Below, in pieces: positions 1-13,037 of a DNA stretch of 64,000 bases. Location: NCBI RefSeq assembly GCF_009914755.1, contig NC_060937.1; one strand, given 5' to 3'. The stretch is from the human T2T-CHM13v2.0 reference genome, Homo sapiens. Within the stretch, counting starts at the first letter, position 1. Each line of letters begins with the position of its first letter. Below the pieces are notes generated by a model that was given only the letters and a program-made list of their open reading frames with translations, ran no database searches and was not told where the DNA came from. A program made the position numbers and the translations under genes.

Positions 1-994
1 TCAGGAAGTAAGCTTTGGTTGCTCCTGTTTTTTTCACTCCCGTTGTTAAATTCAAAATAAATGAGCCTCTCCCTTGTGAAGGGCATGATTACACAGTATC
101 CAGAAAGGTCAGGCATCCCCTGTTCCATTAGCATCAGGTTTCAAATGACTGTCACGAGATAAGCAGACATTATCCTCTGCACACGTAACTCTCTGCTTAC
201 ATAAATGGCTGACAGCCCCAGCAAGCCTGGAACTTGACATCCCCAAAAGGCATGGGTTGAGACGGCTCCTGGGTCAGGACAGATGGGCCAGAAGTACCTT
301 GACTTCTGAGAACAGAAAGTCCCCATTGTCCCTGACAATGGATAAGTGAACAGACACATCTGTGTACTGGAGATGTGCCCCCTCCAGATGTGCCCTGACT
401 GCCGTCTAGGAGGCAGGACCTAAACCAAGACAGCTGTGTGCCTCGTCTGCACTTTAAATACTCTTTGATCCCTTCTGTGTGGTGACAAGCATATGGTACC
501 ACTAGGGCTGCTGGCATCTCAGCATAATAAGAGCTGACTTTGGAGAGGAGAGGACAGCTTGGCTGAGAGCAACTGCCCCACCGTCCCCAGTGGGTACGCA
601 GAAGGCGAGAGCAGTGCTGAGGCTAGCGCCTGGCTCACCCTTCTTTTGTCCGTGAGGATGGGTGGCCCCAGAGGATGCATTTTCTGCATTCCCTACAAGC
701 GAGCGCCACGTGGGAGGGAGGACAAGGGCAGAGCCCCGGATGCAGACTGCAGCAGCAAAAGTCATTTTCCTCCCCTCCCCTCGGTGGCCTCTCTCAAAGC
801 TGCTCTGGCAGAGGCTACAAGTATCTAGCCAGCCGTTATTTTAGTTCCTCTTTTTTCAATTCTGGCTACTATCTGGAGCCCTCACAGCCCCTTCTCCAGG
901 TCAGCCTCTCGTCCAGGCAATTCTCTTAAGATACATGAGCTGCTATGAGTACCAAAGCCAGAGGTTTGTCCACTGAGAGAAGCACATTGGAAAG

Positions 995-1148
995 GGTGCG
1001 TGTGCCTGGACTGTGTGCACTTATGCACGTGTGTGCATAGGGGTGTGTACACAAGCATGCACTGTGTGTGTGTGTACATGCGTGCATTTGTGTGTGCATG
1101 AGTGTACACCATGTGTGTGCATGTGTGCATGTATGCATGTGTGTGTGC
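995..1148 (+). repeat. Degenerate (TG/CA)n simple repeat in last COL4A2 intron
   Basis: Alternating purine-pyrimidine run gtgtgcatgtgtgtacac... Confidence 0.85.
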
Positions 1149-2344
1149 GCAGCAAACTCAGCTCTTACCTGGCTGGTGCCAGCCTCTAAGACTTCTCACA
1201 TTGTGCTCCCTTCTGACCTCGTTCTGGGAGTCCCAGGTGTCTCCTTTGGGCAGCTCCCAGCATGGCCTCAGCTCCTTCAGACCAAAGTGAAGCCGGAGGT
1301 GCCCTGGAGGACGTCTCCACTTCTTATTACCTGCTCATTAGCAGACAAGAGCAGGCAGCTCAGGGCTGGACAGGCTTCTGCCTTATGTGAGCAGAACACT
1401 TTTTAAAGGTTTTTGGGTTTTTTTTTGTATTTAAAGGAAAGCTTAAACTGGGGCCCCTGCCCAAATATATCATAGAACAGCCCCTTTTTTCCCTGCAAAC
1501 TGAACTGAGATATTTCTATTCTAAGTAAACAGATTCCAAAGCCCACTTACCACTCAAAGCCTGCTCAGCCAAGCCAAATGGCCCTTATACACCAACTCTG
1601 GGATCCAGGAGGCCTGCCGTGCGCTTCCATAAAGGCTACACATGTTGATGCAACAGAAAGTAGAACTTTAAAATGAAAAAAAAAAAAGGCTTCCTTGAAG
1701 ACCTCAGCCATCTCCCAGCCAGCCTCAGAATCAACTATTTAACAACCTCTGATTGAAAAAATATATATTTAATTACACAAGTAATACATATTTATTGTGA
1801 AAAATCAGCAAGTACAGATTTAAAAAAAAAAATAAAACCACTCATCTTTCCTCCCTGATCATCAGCATTTTCAGAGAAGGAGCTGGGAGGCCTGGCTGGG
1901 TGATTATTTTTAACTTATTAGCCTCAGATGCCAGCCTACATCTTAATTTTATTTTTTTCTTCTAAAAAGAGTAAACATTGTGTTATCTCTTCTGCCAGGT
2001 ATTTTTCTTTGAATGGATGATTAGGCAGATGTTTTGTTTTGTTACTGAAATGCAGTGGATTATATCTACCGCTCGTATCTGCTGTCACGGCTCTAGTTCT
2101 TACCGAACGGCCAGCCTGGCTGTGAATTAGTGTCCATGCAGCTGCCTCTGCAGCACGTCCTGGTGCCTGGGGCTGCCTCCTGCGGGGGCCCATGTGTATT
2201 TCACCAGCCCCCTCTTGCTGAAGGCGCATTCGCGAGGATGCCTCATGTCCGTATTGACACTCATGGTTTGCTGTTCAGTAAAAACAAATGCACAGAAGAG
2301 GGCTATGCCCTGACCCCGTGCCACCTGCAGGCTGTGATTCCTAA

Positions 2345-2629
<285 letters not shown>

Positions 2630-3465
2630 GCCGGCGCGTGCCAGGAAGGGCCATTTTGGTGCTTATTCTTAACTTATTACCTCAGGTGCCAACCCAAAAA
2701 TTGGTTTTATTTTTTTCTTAAAAAAAAAAAAGTCTACCAAAGGAATTTGCATCCAGCAGCAGCACTTAGACCTGCCAGCCACTGTCACCGAGCGGGTGCA
2801 AGCACTCGGGGTCCCTGGAGGGCAAGCCCTGCCCACAGAAAGCCAGGAGCAGCCCTGGCCCCCATCAGCCCTGCTAGACGCACCGCCTGAAGGCACAGCT
2901 AACCACTTCGCACACACCCATGTAACCACTGCACTTTCCAATGCCACAGACAACTCACATTGTTCAACTCCCTTCTCGGGGTGGGACAGACGAGACAACA
3001 GCACACAGGCAGCCAGCCGTGGCCAGAGGCTCGAGGGGCTCAGGGGCTCAGGCACCCGTCCCCACACGAGGGCCCCGTGGGTGGGCCTGGCCCTGCTTTC
3101 TACGCCAATGTTATGCCAGCTCCATGTTCTCCCAAATACCGTTGATGTGAATTATTTTAAAGGCAAAACTGTGCTCTTTATTTTAAAAAACACTGATAAT
3201 CACACTGCGGTAGGTCATTCTTTTGCCACATCCCTATAGACCACTGGGTTTGGCAAAACTCAGGCAGAAGTGGAGACCTTTCTAGACATCATTGTCAGCC
3301 TTGCTACTTGAAGGTACACCCCATAGGGTCGGAGGTGCTGTCCCCACTGCCCCACCTTGTCCCTGAGATTTAACCCCTCCACTGCTGGGGGTGAGCTGTA
3401 CTCTTCTGACTGCCCCCTCCTGTGTAACGACTACAAAATAAAACTTGGTTCTGAATATTTTTAAA
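2630..3465 (+). other. COL4A2: COL4A2 3'UTR (end approximate)
   Basis: From stop to ~20 nt after AATAAA at 3437. Confidence 0.8.
3437..3442 (+). terminator. COL4A2: COL4A2 polyadenylation signal AATAAA
   Basis: AATAAA with TGTA upstream (3423) and GT-rich gttgttg downstream (~3472). Confidence 0.8.
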
Positions 3466-3638
3466 CCCCGAGTTGTTGACTGCCTTAATCTCGTGTCCAT
3501 AGAGCAAAACGTCTGCTCAGATGGATGCGAGGCACAGCGTCCGCCCACGCTGCTGTTTTTAATCCATCTCAGTAGAGTTGAACCCATTCGTGGTATTACA
3601 GCCATTTCTCGGGGAATGTGTTTGTTTATAACTCACTA

Positions 3639-4003
<365 letters not shown>

Positions 4004-4038
4004 TCACAAATGTAAGTCATTCAATTTGTTCCAACATA

Positions 4039-4167
4039 GGCTGGGTGCAGTGTCTCACATCTGTAATCCCAACACTTTGGGAGGCTGAGGTGGGAGGATC
4101 ACTTGAGCCTAGGAGTTTGAGACCAGCCTGGACGATATAGTGAGATCCATGTCTACAAAAAAAAAAA
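4039..4167 (+). mobile_element. Alu left monomer (FLAM/AluJ-like)
   Basis: ggctgggtgcagtg...gaggatcacttgagcctaggagtttgagaccagcc + A-tail. Confidence 0.9.
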
Positions 4168-4349
4168 GATCCCACATAACTTCCCAAGTCAAAGCTCAGT
4201 ATTTCAAAGAAACAATCTCCGAGATTCAACTCACAGTTTATTTTGACCCTCTGAAATGCAATCTCAAATTGAAGTTTTCCTAAGAAAAAGGTTCACATTA
4301 TGAAATAAGTATCCTACCTTATAATGTTATTTGAAATAGATACGCAGCC

Positions 4350-4830
4350 GCCCTGGCGCGTGTTCCCCCAGAAGCTGGCTGAGGCCACGACCTCTACACA
4401 GCACGGCTATATGGGAAGGCGATATCAGGAAGCCTGAGTGGGACCTGGAGGGGGTGATACCAGGAAGAAGAAAAGCCAACTCAAGGACATGGGACTAAGG
4501 GGGTTACCACTGTGGGCTGTTTAGGCTTGATCCTGCTGGGGATCCACCAAGGAAGGATCCTCAGACGGTCCAGCCATGGCTTGGAAAGGGAAGTGTTCTC
4601 CATCAGCTGCGGTCTCGACTGGTCAGGGGTTGCCTGAGGGTGCTAATTCCCTCACACTCCCAGGTGCACCACACACCAGCATGGCTGAGTGGGCTCCTGC
4701 CAGATGCCAGGTGGAGGTGGTAGAGAACCAGGCAGAGCTGAGACACGGTGTGTCAGGCCACACCTGCTCATGGCCAGTCACCACAGCAATAGCTGTAGCA
4801 AAACAGTGGGCCCAGAGCGTGTGAGACGGG
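4350..4830. mobile_element. Old ERVL LTR remnant (LTR16/LTR33-like)
   Basis: gttcccccagaagc... and ggggttaccactgtgggc resemble LTR16-family consensus from memory. Confidence 0.3.
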
Positions 4831-6199
4831 GATCAAGAGACCAGAGCTCGCAACCACAGCAACTCTAGAAGCTGGGAAGCAACAATTCATTCTAGACTCC
4901 ACCCCTACTGCCAAGGAGGCAACCGCAAAGTGTGCTGCAGTCCTGAAGACCCCTGCTCGACTTGAGGTAGGCTTGATACCTTGTGTGTGGATCACACCTC
5001 AGCGTCAGTGCCCAGTGTTAAACATAAAAGAAATGTTTCACCCTAGACCTAAAATAAATGAGAAGACAAAGATCCTCAACAAATAATTGGTTTCCAAAAT
5101 GTGGATCATAAAATATAAACCAATCACAATTCATAACCCTGACATCTGTGCCAGGGAGCCCACGATCCCGCTGAAGTATAGTGAGTGGAGATGCCTCATC
5201 TGGAATCGAACCGCTGAACATCCTGCACCTTGAAAATCAGAGCTCTGTCCTTCATGGATCCTGCATGTTGCAAAAGACAGATTTTTTCCAGGCTAGTTTC
5301 TTGGTGCCAGGAATAACTGCTCCCTGAGAGCTGAGTGTGCTTGAACCACCCTCTAATGATGTGCCACATTTTCCAGAGGGTGGGTGCCCCAAAGTCAGAA
5401 TCACTTCCATCTCCCAGCTGCTTCAGACAGTGACTTTCAGCACCCCTGGCAGAGACGCTGCTGGAATGCGCATGAAGATGCGTCTGCAGCCATCCTGACT
5501 GGGTAGGAGCGCCCAGGAAGACTCACAAGCCCTGGAGAGCACATCAGCCTTTAAACCACCCAAGAAGAGCACGTTGGCAAGGACGGCCTGGATGGGTTGC
5601 TTCAGTGGGCTGGGCCTCCGGTAAAATGAATGAAAGTACCTGTGCATCAGAGTGACATCAGGAGAATGAAATCAGTCACTACACGTGAACGTGCCCAAAG
5701 CCGCAGGTATGTATGCACTCGTACGTGTCCAGGACCTAAGAGGAAGGAGGTAGAGAATCGCTGCAACCTGGGAGTTCTAAATGTGTTGAGGTTGAGGACT
5801 GTGATTTAAAATGCACAGTGCAGGGAAGGGAGGAGAATGATTTGGAAAGTAAATTCCATGACATGCTAGACAAGGAAGGGAAGGGTAACACTGAGCTGAT
5901 CTTAAAGTGACAGACCAAACCCAAGCAGATGTCTTGAAGGCAACGAGGGAACAGCATCCTCACCTCCCACACGTGGTACAGCAAGAGCCTCACTCTGCAG
6001 ACTCAGGAAGGCACCAAGCTACAAACATCTATGAGCTATTTGTATTCATACAGCATAAGTTCAGCTCAGCCAATAAAATGTAAGGCTGTCCTTCCCCCTG
6101 AGAAATACTCAGTGCTTCTGGTTACACCTGGAGGTGGCTTTTCCTTGAGGCTGCCTTCCTGGAAAAGGGCCATCCACTTATTTAAAAAGAAAAAACCAC

Positions 6200-7040
6200 A
6201 GAAGTTTCAGGAGCTCATTGAAGCCGGTAGGGGAAACGTGCTATTAATAATATAAGTAATTTGGAAATGAGTGGCGTCTCTAAGAACAAAGGCAAAGAGA
6301 ACTGCACATAGCATTGTACTCTAGTGGATAAAGTTGTTTCTTGCAGGAGTACCAGTGAACAGTGCTGACACTATATTCATGCTAAAACTGAACCATTGGT
6401 TGGGCGCGGTGGCTCACGCCTGTAATCCCACAACAGAGCGAGACTCTGTCTCAAAAAAAAAAAAAAAAAAAAAAAAGAACCATTAATTAAGCGGATGGTC
6501 GATGGTGGGAGCCATGTTTCTCATTGTTGAAGGAGAATTTACAGCAAAGTGGGGAAATGACACAATGGTTAGAGTCCGAGATATCAGTAGGAACTCGGGT
6601 TTAACCTATTATAGACACCTATAGTCACATAAAGAAATATCTGTAGGGGTTAGTACAGACACATGTATTTCTTCACTCTGTCAGCTGAGAGGGCCTCAGA
6701 GAAGCAGCCCTGCAGGAGCAGTGAGCACACCTGGCCCCAGATCTGGGATTCTAACACTTCTCCAATAAAAGGACCCGAGGCTCCTCGGGGAGATGGCTGA
6801 TTCCGAGACGCGGGCAGGAAATATAGACCATGAGACTGGAACATCTTGTAGTGCCAGAAAGTAAGGAAGTGCTCAAATAAAACCCCAAATGGAGACATGT
6901 GGAAGGGACACGGGAGCCATCTGAAAGAGCTCCCAAGATGAAGCCATCTGAATAAGAAAGTGAGACAGTACTGGATAACAACCCAAAGAATAAATATCCA
7001 TGAGTCCATTCTGAGTCCTCAGCCTTCCTCTCTAAGGATA
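6200..7040 (+). mobile_element. Old L1 3' region (L1MC-like)
   Basis: gatggctgattcc...gaacatcttgtagtgccagaaagtaaggaagtgctcaaa typical of L1MC 3' ends. Confidence 0.55.
6398..6476 (+). mobile_element. Internally deleted Alu (head fused to tail)
   Basis: First 33 nt of Alu joined to last 22 nt + A24; TSD GAACCATT at 6390-6397 and 6477-6484. Confidence 0.9.
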
Positions 7041-7303
7041 AACTGCTGTTCCCAGCACTCAGCGAGGTTCTCAAGGCTGAACGGTGTCCGAGGGAGAGTG
7101 ACTTATGGGTGGCACATCTCCTGCACGGCCTGTGCCCAGCTGTGTGGGGCGGCTACAGCTCCGATGTTGATGCACGTGTGTGTGCAGCTGTGCAGTGGCA
7201 CGTGTGGCACACGTACACCCTCCCCAGAAAAGAAGCACCTTTCCTGCTCCTACACCTCCCCGTCAGGCACCTCTCACAATTCTGCCAAAACCAAGGGAGA
7301 TGA

Positions 7304-7635
<332 letters not shown>

Positions 7636-7789
7636 CCAAGGCAATGTGCTTTAAAGTGAAGCTGGCTGTCTCTCTGGCATTACAGAAAAAGGGAAAATCA
7701 TTGCTTTCTGGCCATTTTTCTGTAGTGGCTGCTTCATGGTGACATTACTCTGCTGGGGTTGGAGGTGGAAGAGGATGGTCATCTTCCTC

Positions 7790-7975
7790 CTGTGGTCCAG
7801 CCTCTGCAAAGTGCTCTCCCAGGTGCTTTTCCTGCCTCCCACTACTCTGTGAAGTAGGTACAATATACTCCATTTCATAAAGAGATTTTCCCCAAAGATG
7901 GCAAATCAACTTGCCCAAGATAACACAACCCACGTGCTCAGGGGGCATTCAAGCCAAACCTCTACACTCCCTTCA
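7790..7975 (-). mobile_element. MIR remnant
   Basis: ctctgtgaagtaggt...caacttgcccaagataacaca MIR core. Confidence 0.55.
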
Positions 7976-9465
7976 GGAACCGAGCTGACTTCCTAAAAAC
8001 AGTGACCACTGAGCATCAACCATGTGCCAGGCACCCGAGGCACTTCATATAACATTACCTGCCATGTCCAGAAGCCTCAAAGGGTGGGGTCATTTCCACA
8101 TACTCGAGAGTCCCTGCACCTGAGGGGTATTTCACAATTTCATTGTACAAGCCCATTTTAATTAACTAGGTTCTTCTCAGAGGCCAGGAACACTTAAGAG
8201 ATGAGAGGCTGCAGCTGCAAAGCCACATGGGATGGGGCAGGAGGGGACTGCTGTCTTCCCGAGTTTAAAATACACCCAGGAGCCCTCTTCCCCCACCCCA
8301 CCTGCAGATTCACACTTGAGAGGACCTTGCCACATGCAAGGGTGACTCAGGGACCTTCTCCTCGCATTTATGGCCAAAGTACAAGAACAAAGGGCAGATG
8401 GGGTGGAGGCCACTTAGAAGATGTGGGTCCTGTGACGGCATAAACCAGCCCTAAAGCTGGAGCCATTCCTGCAGAGGCCATTTCATCCCACATGGGACAG
8501 GACCCCGCTTCTCCTCTGGGTGGGACCCATTCTTTTGCCTTGAGCTGGCTTATTCTTAACTGTACACTCACAAACATAATCCATTTTATCTGCAGGATTC
8601 CTGGGAAAGGAATTCTTGCATTCAGATTATGAGGACTCTGTCCAGGGGGCTCTCACACCTCCCTCAAAGCAGAGAGAGCTCGCCCCTGGCCATGGGAGCC
8701 GCCCGCCACACAGGGGCTGGTGAATGAGGTCGCCACGCAGTGAGGCTGAGGGAGGGGGTTTGGAAGTGCTACTGGGGATGACAGTGGCCAGTCCCAGGCC
8801 TGCCACCTTCAGACCAAGAGCAGGCACGAGCCAACCCTGGTTACTTAACTGAGACCAGCTCCCAAGAGACAGCATTCCAGGCCCCCATGCCTTCTCCCGG
8901 TGGGAAAATCTGGATGGAGGATAAAAAAAGGGGCTGAGGCTTGTCCTGGATCCGTGGGTATCCACCATTTGCAGCCCGAACAACCAAGCCCACCTTTAGG
9001 GGAGGAAACACATGGCAGCAACTGGAACGTGGCATTGAAAGTCCGAGGCTCAGATTCCCAAGCCGCCATGCCCCAGGCAGGACCTTCCACAATGACATCC
9101 CAAGAAAACAGCCAACGTAGACTGAGCTGGGAGGGCCTGGTGAGGAAGTGGGTGGGGCTGGGAGCCAAGGCCTGGGCGTGTCTCACTCCGGCCACTGACA
9201 CCCTGACCCAGGAGGCACCTTCTCGGGCCTTGGGTCCACATATCCTCCAGCAAGGTGCCCTCCAGATCCGATACCTGAGGGCTGGGCCAGTGGCTTCAAG
9301 GCAAACACAAAGTGAAGGGGAGGGACACAGAGCTTCATAACCACGCAAGGACGCTTGCTCTGAAGGCGTCAGCTCTCCCTGAAGGAGGCAGCCTGGACCA
9401 CAAGGGAGGACTGGGCCCAAGAGCTTCCAGAGCAGGCACAGAGGAGGCTGAGTGCAGGCGGCACA

Positions 9466-9882
9466 TGTATGTGCAGGGTCTCTGCTGTGCGTGCAGGGTC
9501 TTGGCTATGCATGCAGGGTCTCGGCTGTGCACACGTGCAGGGTCTCGGCTGTGCGTGCGTGCAGGGTCTCAGCTGTGCGTGCATGCAGGGTCTCAGCTGT
9601 GTGAGCAGGGTCTCAGCTGTGCGTGTGTGCAGGGTCTCGACTGTATGCAGGGTCTCAGCTGTGTGAGCAGGGTCTCAGCTGTGCATGTGTGCAGGGTCTC
9701 TGCTGTGCGTGCAGGGTCTCTGCTGTGCGTGCAGGGTCTTGGCTATGCATGCAGGGTCTCGGCTGTGCGCACGTGCAGGGTCTCAGCTGTGCGTGCATGC
9801 AGGGTCTCAGCTGTGTGAGCAAGGTCTCAGCTGTGCGTGTGTGCAGGGTCTCAGCTGTGTGAGCAGGGTCTCAGCTGTGCGT
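9466..9882. repeat. Minisatellite, ~19 units of 18-24 bp (GTGCAGGGTCTCAGCTGTGC)
   Basis: Direct tandem units read from sequence. Confidence 0.95.
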
Positions 9883-10361
9883 CCACCCACCACACCCATC
9901 CTCTCTGTCCTGTTTCGACAATGAGGCTCGAAAGATCCAGCTCTGTGAAGTGGGAGGATGGAAGACCCCTGCACACTGTGGAGAAGAGTCTGTGCTTCTA
10001 ATAAGGGCATGTAAGAGGACGAGGGCACCGGCCACTCTGCCTGGCCACAGAAGGGAAGATACGACCTGGACTCCACCAACCAGGGCTGGGAGGATCTGTG
10101 CCTTTGAAATCCTCCAAACACCTGGAGGCCACACCACGGCACTCCCACCAGGGTCTCTGGGGCCCGGGTCCCACTCTTCTTCCTTCTTCAGAGGTTTGTG
10201 GTCATTGCTCAGGAGGGACTCAGCCTGGTTAGAGTCTCCCAGGAGCACGGAGTGAAGGCCGAGCTCAGAGCCATTGCCCCTTCTCTCTGGAAGACAGGCA
10301 CCATCTCCATGTCTCATGGGGTCTGTCTCATGGGCCTTGAGCAGCAGCTCACCTCTGCCGG

Positions 10362-10971
10362 AGGGATCCATGTGCTGGGAGCACCCGTGTGCTATGGGGA
10401 TCCGTGTGCTAGGGGGACCCGTGTGCTGGAGGGACCCGTATACTAGGGAGATCTGTGTGCTGGGGGAGGGGGAACCCGTGTGCTGGTGGTATCCGTGTGC
10501 TGGGGGGATCCGTGTGCTGGGGGGGAGCCGTGTGCTGGAGGGACCTGTGTGCTGGAGGGACCTACGTGCTGGGGGGATCCATGTACTGGGGAGACCCGTG
10601 TGCTGGGGAGATCCGTGTGCTGGGGAGGGAAGCCGTGTGCCGGGGAGGGAACCCGTGTGCTGGGGAGAACCTGTGTGCTGGGGGGACCTATGTGCTGGGG
10701 GGATCCATGTGCTGGTGGTATCCATGTACTGGGGGAATCCACGTGCTGGGGAGAGAACCCGTGTGCTGGGGAGGGAACCCGTGTGCTGGGGAGAACCTGG
10801 GTGCTGGGGGGACCCATGTGCTGGCGGAACCCGTGTGCTGGGGAGGGAACCCGTGTGCTGGGGAGATCCGTGTGCTGGTGGGGGAGCCCGTGTGCTGGGG
10901 GTATCCATGTGCTGGGGGGGGCCCATGTACTGGGGGGCACCCGTGTGCTGGGGTGATCTATGTGCTGGGAA
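10362..10971. repeat. G-rich minisatellite, ~28-30 units of ~19-23 bp (CCCGTGTGCTGGGGGA core)
   Basis: Direct tandem units read from sequence. Confidence 0.95.
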
Positions 10972-11777
10972 CATTCATGTGAGGTTGTTTTCCTGGCACA
11001 GCAGGGCTGTTTAAACCAGGAAGTTGGGTCCAGAAATGGCAACGTCATACTCTTTAAGAAACTAGGCCTGGGAGCCTGGGGAAGGGGACATTCTGACTGA
11101 CAGCACCCAGATTACCACATACCCAACCCCAGGACTCCCTGACACCACTGCCAGGCACGAGGCTTTAAGGGCACTAGGAAATACCTGGTTATGAGGTGTC
11201 ATTGAGGAAAGGGTTCTCATCTGCATGGGGACATGGACAGCTGGAAAGTGCAGAAGGGAGCTCCAAGACCACACACAGCCATGAACCCTGGACCGTCACT
11301 TGCTCATCTCCTCCCTGGAGTGGCCGCTTTGTACAAAGGAAAGACGGATGCTCGAGGTCACGAGCTCAAACCCACACCCAGTGGGGAAATCTGCGCCAAC
11401 AGCTGAGTTGCCCAACCGAGGGATTTCAAGCTTTCCAAGAACTGACGTGGTTTCTGGAAGGAAACAGAGGCCACATGAGATGAGGGTGGGGGAGTAGGAC
11501 CCAAGACCAGGCTCCCCAGCGAGGAGCCAGGCTGGTATCCAAGGTCCACTTGGAATGCAGCCCAGGACACAGGGTGCCAGGGGGCCTGTGGCGGCACTGT
11601 CATTGAAACTGTCCCAATAGCTCAGCTCCAGGAAGGGCCGTGGAGAGTGCTCAGTGAGATGTGCTGAATTAATGAGCCCCTCATGCCCTTACAAAAGCAC
11701 TTGTAAGGGCAGCTGGAAGTTGCTAGCATAGGAGAGACTGCAGCGCCGACTGCCCAGAGGAACTCATTTAAAAGGAG

Positions 11778-12004
11778 CCCACAGGGATGCTTATTTTTAG
11801 GACAACACATATAGGATGAAATGCTTAAACAGAGTTGATGGAGAATGTGCCACCCATGGGCACCATCCCCGGAGCACGCGGCCACTCGAGGAAACAAGCT
11901 GTTGGGTGCCCGGAGCAGATGGGAAATCGAATCCAAGACTGTTCAGGAAGAACGGGCCTCAGGCATTCATACAGCCCTCCCTGCCTTCAAGCACCAACTG
12001 CAAA
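11778..12004 (+). repeat. Copy A of 227-bp local direct duplication
   Basis: Ungapped match to 14712-14938, 19 mismatches by manual alignment. Confidence 0.95.
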
Positions 12005-12057
12005 AACAGTGCCATATGATACTTTCTCTCCCTTCACAGCCTTCAAAGAAAGACTCT

Positions 12058-12365
12058 GGCCAGGGCCAGAGCTCATGCTTATGATCCCCGCACTTTGGGA
12101 GGCTGAGGCAGGAGGATTGCGTGAGCCCAGGAGTTCCAGACCAGCCTGGGAAACACAGCAAGACCTCATCTCTACAAAAAATAAAAATAAAAAATTAGCT
12201 AGGCATACTGACACACCCCTGTAGTCCCAGCTACTTGGGTGACTGAGGTGGGTGGATCACTTGTGTTCAGGAGTTCGAGGCTGCAGTGAGTGAGCTGAGA
12301 TTGTGCTACTGCACTCCAGCCTGGGCAACAGAGTGAGACTCTGTCTCAAAAAAAAAAAAAAAAAA
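12058..12365 (+). mobile_element. Alu (AluJ-type)
   Basis: Full dimer with ggaggattgcgtgagcccagg, A-tail. Confidence 0.93.
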
Positions 12366-12749
12366 GATTCCAAGGTCTCTTTGATTAGCCTATTTCCTAG
12401 ATGGGTCACTAGCAAAGATACACATTATAGAAAATAAATATAACTTCTGTCCCTACAGTGGTATATTCAACCAAGTCAATAAAAAGTCACGAGTCAGGCT
12501 GATTTGCGTTCACTTCTCAATGGGCTGCTGTTGCGAAACTGAAGTTTTAAACTCCGAAACCACATCTCAGGGGAGCTGAGGACCTGCAATCGCAGGGGTT
12601 GCCTCAGTGCTTCCTCCTGGGGTTCAAGCTCCCTTCCTTGCCTGAAAGCACTCACTCCACAGGAGCGGAGAAGTTAGGCCTGCAGCAGCCCAGAAACCGG
12701 AGAGCACAGGCCTTCAGCAAATTATGAACAGCTCCCCAGAAAACAGAGC

Positions 12750-13037
12750 ACCCTGTAATCCCAGCATGTTGGGAGGCTGAGTAGGGAGGATTGCTTGAGT
12801 TCAAGGGTTTGAGACCAGCCTGGGCAACATGGCAAAACCCCAACTCTACCAAAAAAAAAAAAATTATTGGGGCATGGTGGCACATGCCTGTAATCCCAGC
12901 ATGTTGGGAGGCTGAGTCGGGAGGATTGCTTGAACCCGGAGGTACAGTCTGCAGTGAGCTAAGATCACGCCACTGCACTCCAACCTGGTGACAGAGCAAG
13001 ACCCTATCACAAAAAAAAAAAAAAAAAAGAAAGAAAA
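12750..13037 (+). mobile_element. Alu (AluJ-type, 5' truncated)
   Basis: Dimer + A-tail, flanked by gaaaacag..cac TSD-like repeats. Confidence 0.92.

Noticed and set aside
9466-9882. Resemblance of the repeat arrays to CRISPR
   Set aside because: Head-to-tail units with no unique spacers, human context, no cas genes
9871-11048. Long ORFs (367, 246, 201, 175, 158 aa) with Cys/Gly/Pro-His repeats
   Set aside because: Open in most frames on both strands because the G-rich minisatellite lacks stops; no splice, promoter or domain support
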